From the NCBI GenBank assembly GCA_963746845.1, contig CAVVCZ010000005.1:320001-384000 (forward strand): DNA of 64,000 nt, in the 5' to 3' direction. The translations under genes and the position numbers were made by a program. Source of the stretch: an uncultured Chloroflexia bacterium (GTDB lineage: Bacteria; Chloroflexota; Limnocylindria; Limnocylindrales; CSP1-4). Under the pieces are notes generated by a model that saw only the letters and a list, made by a program, of their open reading frames with translations, had not been told where the DNA came from and made no database searches. Positions 28,469 through 37,076 of this stretch are shown here, one piece after another (the first letter of the stretch is position 1; every line of letters starts with the position of its first letter).

Positions 28469-29148
28469 GCGGGATCGGCGCCGAGCCGCCGGGCCCGGCC
28501 GGCCCCGGCGATCGCCAGGTGGCGCTCGACCCAGGCGGCGACCGACGGCGCGACCTCGTCCGCCCCTGCGGCGAGGAGCTCGTCCCGGTCGCCGAGGACG
28601 GACTCGATGCCGACCGCCCGCGCCCCGACCGCCACCGCCATCTGCATGTCCGTCGGGGCGTCGCCGACGTAGACCGAGGCCTCCGGGCGATGCCCGTGGC
28701 CCGCGAGCCCGAGGGCCCGGCGGAGCGGCTCCGGATCCGGCTTGTGGACCGGCAGGTCGTCGCCGAAGACCCGGACCGGCAGGAGCACCCCCAGTCCGGT
28801 CCGCTCGAGCTGCGGCTCGACGACGACCCGATGGCCCGCCGTCACGATCCCCAGCGTGGCTCCGGCGTCGCGGAGCCGCGCCAGCGCCGCCGCGGCGCCG
28901 GCGAACGCCCGGATCGAGTCCCCGTCGTCCGCGAACGCGGTCTCCCAGAGGCTGTTCGCCTCGTCGAGCCGGTCGTCGGGCACGCCGAGCCGGCGATACA
29001 TCTCGCGCCAGTCCGGCGCGTAGTTGCGCCGGTACGAGACGACGTCGAAGGGCAGCCCGAACGCCTCCATGACCGCCGCGTTGGCGGCGTGGAACGCCCC
29101 GAGCGAATCGACGAGGGTCCCATCCCAGTCGAAGAGGATCGCCTCCAT
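28465..29148 (-). CDS. HAD family hydrolase (phosphoglycolate phosphatase-like)
   Basis: ILFDWDGTLVDS, KPDPEP, YVGDAPTD. Confidence 0.92.
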   Translation of the reverse strand: MEAILFDWDGTLVDSLGAFHAANAAVMEAFGLPFDVVSYRRNYAPDWREMYRRLGVPDDRLDEANSLWETAFADDGDSIRAFAGAAAALARLRDAGATLGIVTAGHRVVVEPQLERTGLGVLLPVRVFGDDLPVHKPDPEPLRRALGLAGHGHRPEASVYVGDAPTDMQMAVAVGARAVGIESVLGDRDELLAAGADEVAPSVAAWVERHLAIAGAGRARRLGADPA

Positions 29149-29223
29149 CCGGGCCGATGCTAGACGATCGCCGGGCACGTTCGGCCCGGGGACCGGCCGG
29201 GGATGATGCCGTAGACTCCGGCG

Positions 29224-29790
29224 GTGCCCGAGCCGCCCGACCATCCCGCGATCCTGCGCGTCCGCGAGGCCGCGTCGCGGAAGGGCGTGACGCTCGACGT
29301 CCGGGTCTTCGACGCGTCGACCCACACCGCGGAAGAGGCGGCCGCGACGGTCGACGCGGAGCTCGGCCAGATCGTCAAGTCGCTCGTCTTCGTGACGCCG
29401 GCCGACGACGGTGTGCTGGAGCCGGTGCTCTGCCTCGTCAGCGGCCCGAACCGGGTCGACCTCGCGCGGCTGGCGGCGGTCGCCGGTTCGCTGGACGTCC
29501 GGCGCGCGACGGCCCGCGAGGCGCAGGAGCTGACCGGCTTCACGATCGGCGGCATCCCGCCGTTCGGCCACGCCCGCCCGATCCGGACGATCATGGATCC
29601 GGACCTGACCCGGTTCCCGGTCGTGTGGGCCGCGGCGGGAACGCAGACCGCCGTCTTCCCCGTCCCGCCCGGCACGCTCCGGATCCTGTCGAACGCCACG
29701 GTCGCCCCGATCGCGGAGGAGCGGCGGGCCGCGGACCTCGAGGCCGAGGCGCAGGCTCGCGCCGCCGCGAGCCCCAACACCGGGGCGTGA
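29224..29790 (+). CDS. YbaK/EbsC aminoacyl-tRNA editing family protein
   Basis: THTAEEAA, QIVKSLVF, TGFTIGGIPPFGH, VWAAAGT. Confidence 0.92.
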   Translation: MPEPPDHPAILRVREAASRKGVTLDVRVFDASTHTAEEAAATVDAELGQIVKSLVFVTPADDGVLEPVLCLVSGPNRVDLARLAAVAGSLDVRRATAREAQELTGFTIGGIPPFGHARPIRTIMDPDLTRFPVVWAAAGTQTAVFPVPPGTLRILSNATVAPIAEERRAADLEAEAQARAAASPNTGA

Positions 29791-30383
29791 CGGACCGAGG
29801 CGCTGCGGCCCCCGCCCAGCCGCGCGACGCGACGATCGGCTACCCGGGTGGGTTGCGCGCCCGGTGGCGATGGGCCGGGAGCGGCCAGGGCGCCGCGGTG
29901 TTCGCGCTGACGGAGGCCGGCGGCACCCTGGAGGACCTCGGGCCGCTGGTCTCGCCCGCGTACGAGGAGCTGTGCCGGGCCGAGCTCCGGGTCGACGGAC
30001 CGGCCGGCGTCTGGACCGTCCGGCTCGCCTCGACGATCAGCGACGAGCCGGCGGGGCTGGTCTGGGACGACGCCGGGCTGCTCGTCGTGAAGTACGGCTT
30101 CCACACCTACGGCTTCGAGAGCCGGACCGGCGCGCTCCGCTGGTCGCATCGATCGGCGACCCCGGTCCTCGCGGTCTTCGGGTCGCCGCGCCTGCCCCAC
30201 GTCATCGTCCAGGCGGAGATCGAGACGTTCGCGATCGAGGCCGACGGGACGGTGGGCTGGCGGATCGCGCACAGCGACGTCGTGACGGAGGCGGCGCTCG
30301 TGGGTGGCCGACTCGTGCTGACGAGCTTCGGGGGCCCGTCGATGGCCGTGGATCCGGCAACGGGCCGCGCGTCGGCGGGCTGA
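29787..30383 (+). CDS. Hypothetical protein (partial PQQ-like beta-propeller repeats)
   Basis: GTGA overlap with the ybaK stop; TGALRW, DGTVGW and DPATG motifs. Confidence 0.6.
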   Translation: MTDRGAAAPAQPRDATIGYPGGLRARWRWAGSGQGAAVFALTEAGGTLEDLGPLVSPAYEELCRAELRVDGPAGVWTVRLASTISDEPAGLVWDDAGLLVVKYGFHTYGFESRTGALRWSHRSATPVLAVFGSPRLPHVIVQAEIETFAIEADGTVGWRIAHSDVVTEAALVGGRLVLTSFGGPSMAVDPATGRASAG

Positions 30384-30416
30384 GGCCCCGGGCCGAGGCG
30401 CGCCGGGCAGCAAAGG

Positions 30417-30528
30417 GCCCGAAGGAACCTACCCGCGGCGTGGGCGTTGATGCGATCGCTGCCGTTAGCCTGCGCTCGACCCCTCCGGGCTGGATCGAAC
30501 GCTATCGCCCCGTCATGGCCGGGGTCAA
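30417..30528 (-). ncRNA. Candidate small RNA with its own sigma70-like promoter
   Basis: Minus strand TTGACC (30528-30523), 18 nt, TAGCGT (30504-30499), then an 11-bp closing stem GCCCGGAGGGG/TTCCTTCGGGC spanning 30490-30417. No minus-strand gene follows. Confidence 0.3.
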
Positions 30529-30534
30529 TCCCCG

Positions 30535-30574
30535 TTGTCCACGACTTCGAACGCTGGCGCCGCGGTTATCCACA
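30535..30574 (+). promoter_or_regulatory. DnaA box (one perfect, one degenerate)
   Basis: TTATCCACA at 30566-30574; TTGTCCACG at 30535-30543. Confidence 0.45.
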
Positions 30575-30616
30575 GCCTGTCCCGATCCGGACGAAGGCGC
30601 GGGCTATCATCGGGCC

Positions 30617-31618
30617 GTGACTCCCCTCTCCCTCGCGGCCGTGGGTCTGCTCGCCCTCGTGATGGCGGGACTGATCCTCCGAACGTTCGGTCCGCGATAC
30701 CGGGTGGCGCGATTGCTCGCCACGACCCCGCGGGTGTCGGTCGCGGAGGCCAGCGCGATGGCCCGCGACGGGCGCCGCGCCTATGTCCGCGTCGACGGCC
30801 GGATCGACACCGAGGAGGACTTCGAGGGCCCGGACCACCAGCCGCTCGTCCTCCGCCGGGTCCGCCTGGAGCGGCGGTCGGGCCGGCGCTGGCGGGCGTT
30901 CGAGGACCACCGGCAGGTCGTTCCGTTCTCGATCAACGAGGGCCTCGACACGATCGCGGTCGACACGGACGCGCTCGACACCGGGCTGGTCGTCGTCCTC
31001 CGCGAGTCGGTCGGGACGGCCGCCGACCTCGCCGACCGGGTCCCTGCCGGAACCCCGCCGGACGCGCCCGTCAGGGCCCGGATCGAGCAGCTGTCCTCCG
31101 TGGAGCATGCGGTCGTGCTCGGCTATCCGGTGCCGTTGCCGGGGTCGCCGGCACCGGCCGACCCGGCCCCGCCGCCGACGGCGTCGCCCGAGCCGACGGC
31201 GCGGATCACCGCCGGACGGTCGCGGCCGCTGATCGTGACCGCCCTCGAGACGGACGAGGCGATGCGGATCCTCGCCGCCGACGGCCGGGGCCGGACCCGT
31301 CTCGCCGGTGCGCTCATCGCGGCCGCCGCGATCCTCCTCGCGGGCTCTGCAGTGTGGGCGTTGATCGGTGCCGTCGCGCCGGCGATCACGGCCCTCGTCC
31401 CCGGGTTCGGCGGGCTCGTGGCGACGACGCTGGCCGCCAGCCCCGAGGCCACCGCGGCGGCCGGCGGCGACCCCCGCAGCAACGGCCAGGGGCCGGGCCT
31501 CGTGGGGACGCCCGGCCTGGCGATCCTCGCGGTCGCCACGATCGCGATCCTCGCGATCGTTGTCACGACGGTGTACGTCCGGCTGACGGCCCCGACCCGT
31601 CGCGACCCGCCGCGCTGA
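30617..31618 (+). CDS. Hypothetical membrane protein
   Basis: N-terminal TM helix, soluble beta-rich middle region, two to three C-terminal hydrophobic segments; GC-rich third codon positions. Confidence 0.7.
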   Translation: MTPLSLAAVGLLALVMAGLILRTFGPRYRVARLLATTPRVSVAEASAMARDGRRAYVRVDGRIDTEEDFEGPDHQPLVLRRVRLERRSGRRWRAFEDHRQVVPFSINEGLDTIAVDTDALDTGLVVVLRESVGTAADLADRVPAGTPPDAPVRARIEQLSSVEHAVVLGYPVPLPGSPAPADPAPPPTASPEPTARITAGRSRPLIVTALETDEAMRILAADGRGRTRLAGALIAAAAILLAGSAVWALIGAVAPAITALVPGFGGLVATTLAASPEATAAAGGDPRSNGQGPGLVGTPGLAILAVATIAILAIVVTTVYVRLTAPTRRDPPR

Positions 31619-31785
31619 CCGTCGCGAGCCCCTCGGGCGGCGTCGCGAACCACGCGGGGAACCAGGGGATTCGCCTCGATTTCGGAGCCTCCCGAACGGG
31701 TGCGGGACTTTCGTCCTATTGGAAAGAACTGTGAGATTGATAGGCTCCGGCCCGTCGACTTGACATTTCCTCCAGTGGGACATCC

Positions 31786-34700
31786 GTGCCGAGCGCGCCT
31801 CTCACCCGCCCGATCGACGCCACCCTCTCGGTGACCAAGGCCGCCCGACTGCTGGGCGTCCATCCGAACACCGTGCGGGCATGGAGTGATGCGGGGCGCC
31901 TCCGCTACTACCGGATCAACCCGCGGGGCGACCGCCGCTACCGGCTCGGCGACCTGCAGCGGTTCCTGGCGGCGGCCGAGAACAGCCCGGATGTGGGTCC
32001 CGGCATCGCCGTGGGCACCCAGATCGCCGGGCGTCGCGGCGCCGCCATCGCCGCGGCCTCGGTCCGGGGAACGGACGGCCGTTCGATGCCCACGGACCGC
32101 GAGCGTCTCCGCCGCCGTGCGGACCTCGCGACGATCGGCGCGCTGACCCGGATCGCCGCCGATCCGGAGACCCTCGACGAGGTCCTCCGCCAGGCCGCGA
32201 TGGTCACGCGCGAACGGGGCGGATTCCGGACGGTGACGATCCACGAGCTCCGCCACGACCGGCTGGTCCCGCGGGCGAGCACCGCGTCGTCCTCGGCGCG
32301 CCTGCCGGACCTGCCGCGGACCTACGGGGCGATGGGCGCGGCCCTCGAACGGGCCGCCTCCGCCGATCCGGGCCCGGTGGCCGGTGACGGCTTCGGCGGG
32401 ATCGGCGACGGCGTCGGCGGGATCCGCGAGGTGACGATCGCGATCCCGGGCGACGAGCTGCCGTGGGGTGTCGTGACGATCGTCGCCGACCCCGACGGCG
32501 ACCAGACCGCGATCGACCCGGACCTCCTCCTCGAGCTCGCCGCCGCGATCGGGGTCGTCGTCGAGTCCGCCGTCCGGATCGACGAGGCGGCCCACCGCCT
32601 GCACCGGGCGGATGCCCTCCGGCGTGTCGCGGGCGACATCGGCAGCCGGCTCGATCTCGACCGGATCCTGTCCGGTCTCGTGGACCACGCGATGGTGCTC
32701 TTCAACGGCGACCGTGCCGCGGTGTTCCTCCGGACACCGGACGGCAGGGCGAACGCCGAGGTCAGCCGCGGTCTCTCGGCGCGCTACCTGGAATCGGTTC
32801 ACGACTTCCCGACCCGGTCGCTGCCCGCCATCGCCGCGGCGGCTCGTCGGCCGCTGTACGCCACGAACTACCGGAACGACCCGAGGGCGGCCGACGTGCG
32901 TGCGACGGTCGTCCAGGAGGGGTTCGACACGATCTGCACGGCGCCGCTGTTCGACGGGCAGGACCTGCTCGGGCTGCTGAACGTCTACCACGACACCCCC
33001 CACGAGTGGACGACCGACGAGCTCGACACGATGGCCGCGCTCGCCGAGCAGGCGGCGGTCGCGATCAAGAACGCCCAGAACTTCGAGCGGATGGCGGCGT
33101 GGGCCGCCCAGCTCCAGTCGATCCAGCAGCTCGGCGCCCGGCTCGCCCGGCTGGGCGACGAGCGCGAGATCGGCATCGCGATCGCGACCGAGCTGCGCCA
33201 GCTGATCGACTACCACAACGTCCGCGTGTACCGGCTGCGGGGCCTCGACCTGATTCCCGTGGCCATGCAGGGCCAGGTCGGCGAGTACGTGGACGAGACC
33301 CCGGAGCAGCTCGAGGTGCGCTACGGCGAGGGGATCACCGGCTGGGTCGCCGAGCACCGGATCGCCCAGAGCCTTCCCGACGCCGCCGCGGATCCCCGCG
33401 CGAACACGATCCCCGGCACGGACGACGACATGGACGAATCCATGCTCCTCGCCCCGATGACCTTCGAGAACCAGGTGCTCGGCGTCCTCGTCCTGTCCAA
33501 GCTGGGCCTCCATCAGTTCGCCGAGGACGACCTCCGGCTGCTCGAGATCTACGCGAGCTTCGCCGCCCAGGCGTTCGCGAATGCCGACGCGACGAGCCTG
33601 CTCCGCGCGCAGTCCGACGCGCTCGGTCGGCAGCTCGCGAACCAGCGCGCGCTCCTCGCGCTGACGGAGTCGATCCTGACGACCCTCGAGCCGCAGGCGA
33701 TCCTCGACCAGGTCTCGGAGCGTCTGTCGGAGCTCGTCGGCTACGACAACCTGTCGATCGAGGTCCTCGACCGGCTGACGGGCCTCCTCCGACCGCTGAC
33801 CGCCAAGGGCGTCCATGCCAGGGAGTATCTCGAGCCGTGGCTCCCGGGCGAGGAGGGCCTCGCCACCTGGGTGGTCGCCCACAACGAGCCGGCCCTCGTG
33901 AGCGACGAGGCCGCCGACCCGCGCGTCAACCAGTTCCGCGACACCGGGCCCCTCGACGGCAGCATGATCTGCGTCCCGCTGCGTGGCCGGGACGGCGCGA
34001 CCGGCGTGCTGACGCTGGAGCGGCTCGGCCTCGAGCAGCGCTACACGGAGGAGGAGTTCGAGCTCGTCCAGCTCTTCGCCGCGCAGGTCTCGATCGCCCT
34101 CCAGAACGCGGAGGTCCACCGCGCGGTCGAGATCCGCGCCCAGACGGACGACCTGACGGGCCTCCTGAACCACGGCACGTTCCAGGGCTGGCTCGCCCGC
34201 GACGCCATGGCGCCCGACCCGTTCAGCCTGATCATGCTCGACATGGACGACTTCAAGAGCGTCAACGACCGGCTCGGTCACCAGGCGGGCGACCGGCTGC
34301 TCGCGGAGATCTCGACGGCGCTCGTGGCCGCCGGCCGCGACACCGACCGCGTGTTCCGGTACGGCGGCGACGAGTTCGCCCTGATCCTGCCGGGGGCGGA
34401 CAGCGTCGCTGCGCTCGGGGTGGCCGAGCGTGTCCGTACGGCCGTCCAGGAGATCGGCGGCCCGGGCTCGATCTGGCACGACGCCGGCGTCGAGGTCAGC
34501 GTCTCGATCGGCGTGGCGACGTTCCCGCGCGACGGCGTCACGGCCGAGGAGATCCTTCTCGCCGCCGACCGCGCGTGCTTCGTGGCGAAGCGGACCGGGC
34601 ACGCCCTGATCGCGACCGCCGACGAGGGCCTGGCGATCGCCCGCGACTTCTCGTTCAAGTCACCGACGCCGATCGACGTCGCCGATCCGATGCTGTCCGC

Positions 34701-34827
34701 CGGCCCCGGGCCGGCGTTCGACTGGCCGAGCGCCGACGAGTCGAGCGAGGAGGCGGCGACCCGCCGGCGCACGACCGGACGCGGCGACCGCTCCGGGAGC
34801 TCCACGTCATCCGCCCGGGTGCCGTAA
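31786..34827 (+). CDS. Diguanylate cyclase with N-terminal excisionase-type HTH and tandem GAF domains
   Basis: LSVTKAARLLGVHPNTVRAWSDAG...RGDRRY HTH; GAF signatures (CTAPL, GEGITGWV...LLAPM, GLATWV...ICVPL); DDLTGLLN, DMDDFKSVND, RYGGDEF. Confidence 0.93.
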   Translation: MPSAPLTRPIDATLSVTKAARLLGVHPNTVRAWSDAGRLRYYRINPRGDRRYRLGDLQRFLAAAENSPDVGPGIAVGTQIAGRRGAAIAAASVRGTDGRSMPTDRERLRRRADLATIGALTRIAADPETLDEVLRQAAMVTRERGGFRTVTIHELRHDRLVPRASTASSSARLPDLPRTYGAMGAALERAASADPGPVAGDGFGGIGDGVGGIREVTIAIPGDELPWGVVTIVADPDGDQTAIDPDLLLELAAAIGVVVESAVRIDEAAHRLHRADALRRVAGDIGSRLDLDRILSGLVDHAMVLFNGDRAAVFLRTPDGRANAEVSRGLSARYLESVHDFPTRSLPAIAAAARRPLYATNYRNDPRAADVRATVVQEGFDTICTAPLFDGQDLLGLLNVYHDTPHEWTTDELDTMAALAEQAAVAIKNAQNFERMAAWAAQLQSIQQLGARLARLGDEREIGIAIATELRQLIDYHNVRVYRLRGLDLIPVAMQGQVGEYVDETPEQLEVRYGEGITGWVAEHRIAQSLPDAAADPRANTIPGTDDDMDESMLLAPMTFENQVLGVLVLSKLGLHQFAEDDLRLLEIYASFAAQAFANADATSLLRAQSDALGRQLANQRALLALTESILTTLEPQAILDQVSERLSELVGYDNLSIEVLDRLTGLLRPLTAKGVHAREYLEPWLPGEEGLATWVVAHNEPALVSDEAADPRVNQFRDTGPLDGSMICVPLRGRDGATGVLTLERLGLEQRYTEEEFELVQLFAAQVSIALQNAEVHRAVEIRAQTDDLTGLLNHGTFQGWLARDAMAPDPFSLIMLDMDDFKSVNDRLGHQAGDRLLAEISTALVAAGRDTDRVFRYGGDEFALILPGADSVAALGVAERVRTAVQEIGGPGSIWHDAGVEVSVSIGVATFPRDGVTAEEILLAADRACFVAKRTGHALIATADEGLAIARDFSFKSPTPIDVADPMLSAGPGPAFDWPSADESSEEAATRRRTTGRGDRSGSSTSSARVP

Positions 34828-34862
34828 CCGGCGCAACCGTCCGGCCGTCCCACCGCCGACCG

Positions 34863-35423
34863 ATGGCCGCTCACCCGACCGCACGCCGTCCCCTCGCTCG
34901 CCCCGGGCTTCCGTGCGTGGGCAGCCGCTCGGCACGTGCCGCGGCCGCCGCGCTCGCCGCGGTCTCCATCGCCGTCGCCGTCGCCGCCTGTCTGCCGCCC
35001 GTCGGTCGGGGCGATCCGGGGAGTGCGTCACCCGGCGTCTCCGCGACCCCGACCTCCCCGCCGACGCCGGTCTCGAGCGGCCCGACGCCCCGGCCGTCGT
35101 ACCTGGCGCCGACACCCACCCCGGCGCCGACGTTCGTCGTCTACCAGGTCGGGAAGGGCGACAGCCTGAACTCGATCGCGAAGCGGTTCGGGACGACCGC
35201 CCGCAGCATCGCCTTCTGGAACCGGGCGACGTACCCGAGCCTCGACCCCGAGTCGTCCGGCTACAAGCCGGACCTCCTTCAGCGCGGCTGGACGCTGCTC
35301 GTGATCCCGAACAGCGTCTTCGACGAGCAGACCCTGCCCGAACCGAGCGAGCTCATCGGCCCCTCGCCGACGCCGGCGCCGAGCTACGACGACGAAGAGT
35401 CGGTGGAGCCCGAGGCCAGCTGA
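34863..35423 (+). CDS. LysM domain lipoprotein
   Basis: Lipobox VAAC, Pro/Thr linker, YQVGKGDSLNSIAKRFGTT LysM. Confidence 0.8.
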   Translation: MAAHPTARRPLARPGLPCVGSRSARAAAAALAAVSIAVAVAACLPPVGRGDPGSASPGVSATPTSPPTPVSSGPTPRPSYLAPTPTPAPTFVVYQVGKGDSLNSIAKRFGTTARSIAFWNRATYPSLDPESSGYKPDLLQRGWTLLVIPNSVFDEQTLPEPSELIGPSPTPAPSYDDEESVEPEAS

Positions 35424-35441
35424 GCCGGTGACGCGGCGGGA

Positions 35442-36272
35442 TCAGCGCCGGATCGTGACGCCCTGATCCTCGACGAGCCGGAGGAGCTCCGCCGCATTCG
35501 CCTGGCTCGCGGCGACGCAGATCCGCCCATAGGAATCCTCGTAGACCAGCAGCGCTCCGGGGTCGACCTCGCCGAACGTGCCCTGCCACGGCACGTCCAC
35601 GAGCTGGTCCGGACCGCCGGATCGGCCGGCGATGTCGAGGTGGAGCCGGTCGCCGGCCCGGACCGGGCCGATCGCGGCCTCCAGGTCGGCCCGCAGGCCG
35701 GCGAGCTTGATGTTGCCGAACGTGTCGATGTAGACCACCGAGGATCGGAGCGCGCCGTCACCGAGGATCGGGTCGGCGATCGGCGACGGCGCGAGACGGG
35801 CCGGGTCGAGAGCTCGGCCGAGGTCCTCGATCGGGACGCCGAGCGACAGGTGGGCCGCGGCCGGGGCGAAGATGTCTCGACCATGGAAGCTGGTGCTCAC
35901 CAAAGGGAGTCGGTAGGCCTCGGCCTCCAGGACGTGGACCCGGTCGATGCCCCCGAGTCGGCCGGCTGCCGCGACGAGAAGCCCGTTGTCGGGGCCGACG
36001 AGGACGTCGCCCCGGCCCGTCGCGATCGCCACCGACAACCGCCCCGTGCCGACACCCGGGTCGACGACCGCGACGTGCTGCCCGATCGGCATCCAGGGGA
36101 GGGCGCACCACAGGAGGAGCGCCCCGTCGCGAATGGCGTACTTGTGGACGTCGTGGCTGATGTCGACGATCCGGGCGTCCGGTGCGATCCCGAGGATCAC
36201 GCCGTGGAGGATCCCGGCGCTCGGATCACGCGCGCCGAAGTCCGTGAGCAGGGTGATCAGTGGCTGGGCCAT
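35442..36272 (-). CDS. SAM hydrolase / SAM-dependent chlorinase-fluorinase family (DUF62)
   Basis: ITLLTDFG, VVDPGVGT, GPDNG, TSFHGRDIFAP, IDTFGN. Confidence 0.93.
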   Translation of the reverse strand: MAQPLITLLTDFGARDPSAGILHGVILGIAPDARIVDISHDVHKYAIRDGALLLWCALPWMPIGQHVAVVDPGVGTGRLSVAIATGRGDVLVGPDNGLLVAAAGRLGGIDRVHVLEAEAYRLPLVSTSFHGRDIFAPAAAHLSLGVPIEDLGRALDPARLAPSPIADPILGDGALRSSVVYIDTFGNIKLAGLRADLEAAIGPVRAGDRLHLDIAGRSGGPDQLVDVPWQGTFGEVDPGALLVYEDSYGRICVAASQANAAELLRLVEDQGVTIRR

Positions 36273-36339
36273 CCGGCGCGATCCTACGGCGTCCCTGCCG
36301 GCACGTGTGCAGGCCCGGATCGAAGGGACGCCGGAGACG

Positions 36340-36385
36340 AAAACCCCGAAGCGGCGCCTGGAGGAGGGAAGGCGCCGCTTCGGGG
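36340..36385 (-). terminator. Intrinsic terminator with anti-SD loop
   Basis: Perfect 16-bp stem at 36344-36385, minus-strand loop UCCCUCCUCC, followed by UUUU. Confidence 0.8.
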
Positions 36386-36460
36386 AGGAGGCCGTGACGA
36401 CGGGAGGAGGGTTCCATCGTCACCGCGGGTGGAGTCCGGGCTGGGAGCGCAGCCGCTCCG
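36340..36460 (-). ncRNA. Candidate 3'-UTR small RNA with three CCUCCUCC motifs (cuckoo-like)
   Basis: CCUCCUCC at 36403-36410, 36384-36391 and 36360-36367. The first and last are largely in hairpin loops. Confidence 0.5.
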
Positions 36461-36464
36461 TTGT

Positions 36465-36698
36465 TCAGTGCAGATGCGGATCCGCTGGCTCGGCGAAGTG
36501 ACCGGTGCGGTTCATCTCGCGGAGGAAGAGGAGCTGGTTGATCTGGCGGAGGGTCCAGTGCGTCTCGGCGACCGAGATCCCGGCGAGGTAGGCGGTGAGA
36601 TTGGCCGCCTCGTCAGGCGCCAGACCCCTCATGAGGAGGTTCCGGTACGTCGCCCGGGTGTGGACCTCCGGGCTCGAGGCCGGGCTGGACGACGTCAT
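36465..36698 (-). CDS. Small hypothetical protein (about 77 aa)
   Basis: Protein-like composition: TRATYRNLLMRGLAPDEAANLTAYLAGI...WTLRQINQLLFLR; GC-rich third positions; own terminator. May start at 36815. Confidence 0.75.
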   Translation of the reverse strand: MTSSSPASSPEVHTRATYRNLLMRGLAPDEAANLTAYLAGISVAETHWTLRQINQLLFLREMNRTGHFAEPADPHLH

Positions 36699-37076
36699 GG
36701 TGTCGGTGTCCGACCCAGACGCGACCGCGGAGGCCGCCGCGATGACTGGCCAGGACGAGGCGGCGCGAGACGATCGCCCCGTTCCCCGTTCCCCTCGACG
36801 CGCCTGGCCTGCCATGGTTCACCCGATCCGTCCTGATGTCTCGATCTGCGGGCGTCCTGCTCGCGATTGGTCCCTTCGTGATCGATCCGGGGAGCGGATG
36901 GTCCGGGGTCCGCGGATCGAGCTGTTCGGTGTGGTGATCGGGATGGTCGATCGATGGTCGTGCCCGCACGATGACCCGTCGGTCCCCCTCCCCCCGGTAC
37001 TTGCGCCGACTCCGTCCAACGTCCGATGCAGGGGGCCCCGGTAGACTCCCGATTCCACCCGACCCTGGAGCCTCGC

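Noticed and set aside
30414-30430. GGGCCCGAAGGAACC as the SRP RNA domain IV
   Set aside because: Lacks the CAGG...GNRA...AGCAG symmetric loop and the supporting helix.
31620-31785. c-di-GMP riboswitch upstream of the cyclase
   Set aside because: No class I or class II consensus is recognisable; the region looks like an AT-rich promoter only.
31123-34602. 1159-aa minus-strand ORF and similar long overlapping ORFs (for example 9815-12067, 22719-25043, 39549-41789)
   Set aside because: Antisense or off-frame shadows of motif-supported genes.
35442-36272. SAM-dependent halogenase as a natural-product gene
   Set aside because: It has the FHGRD motif of the widespread SAM hydrolase branch and no biosynthetic cluster context.
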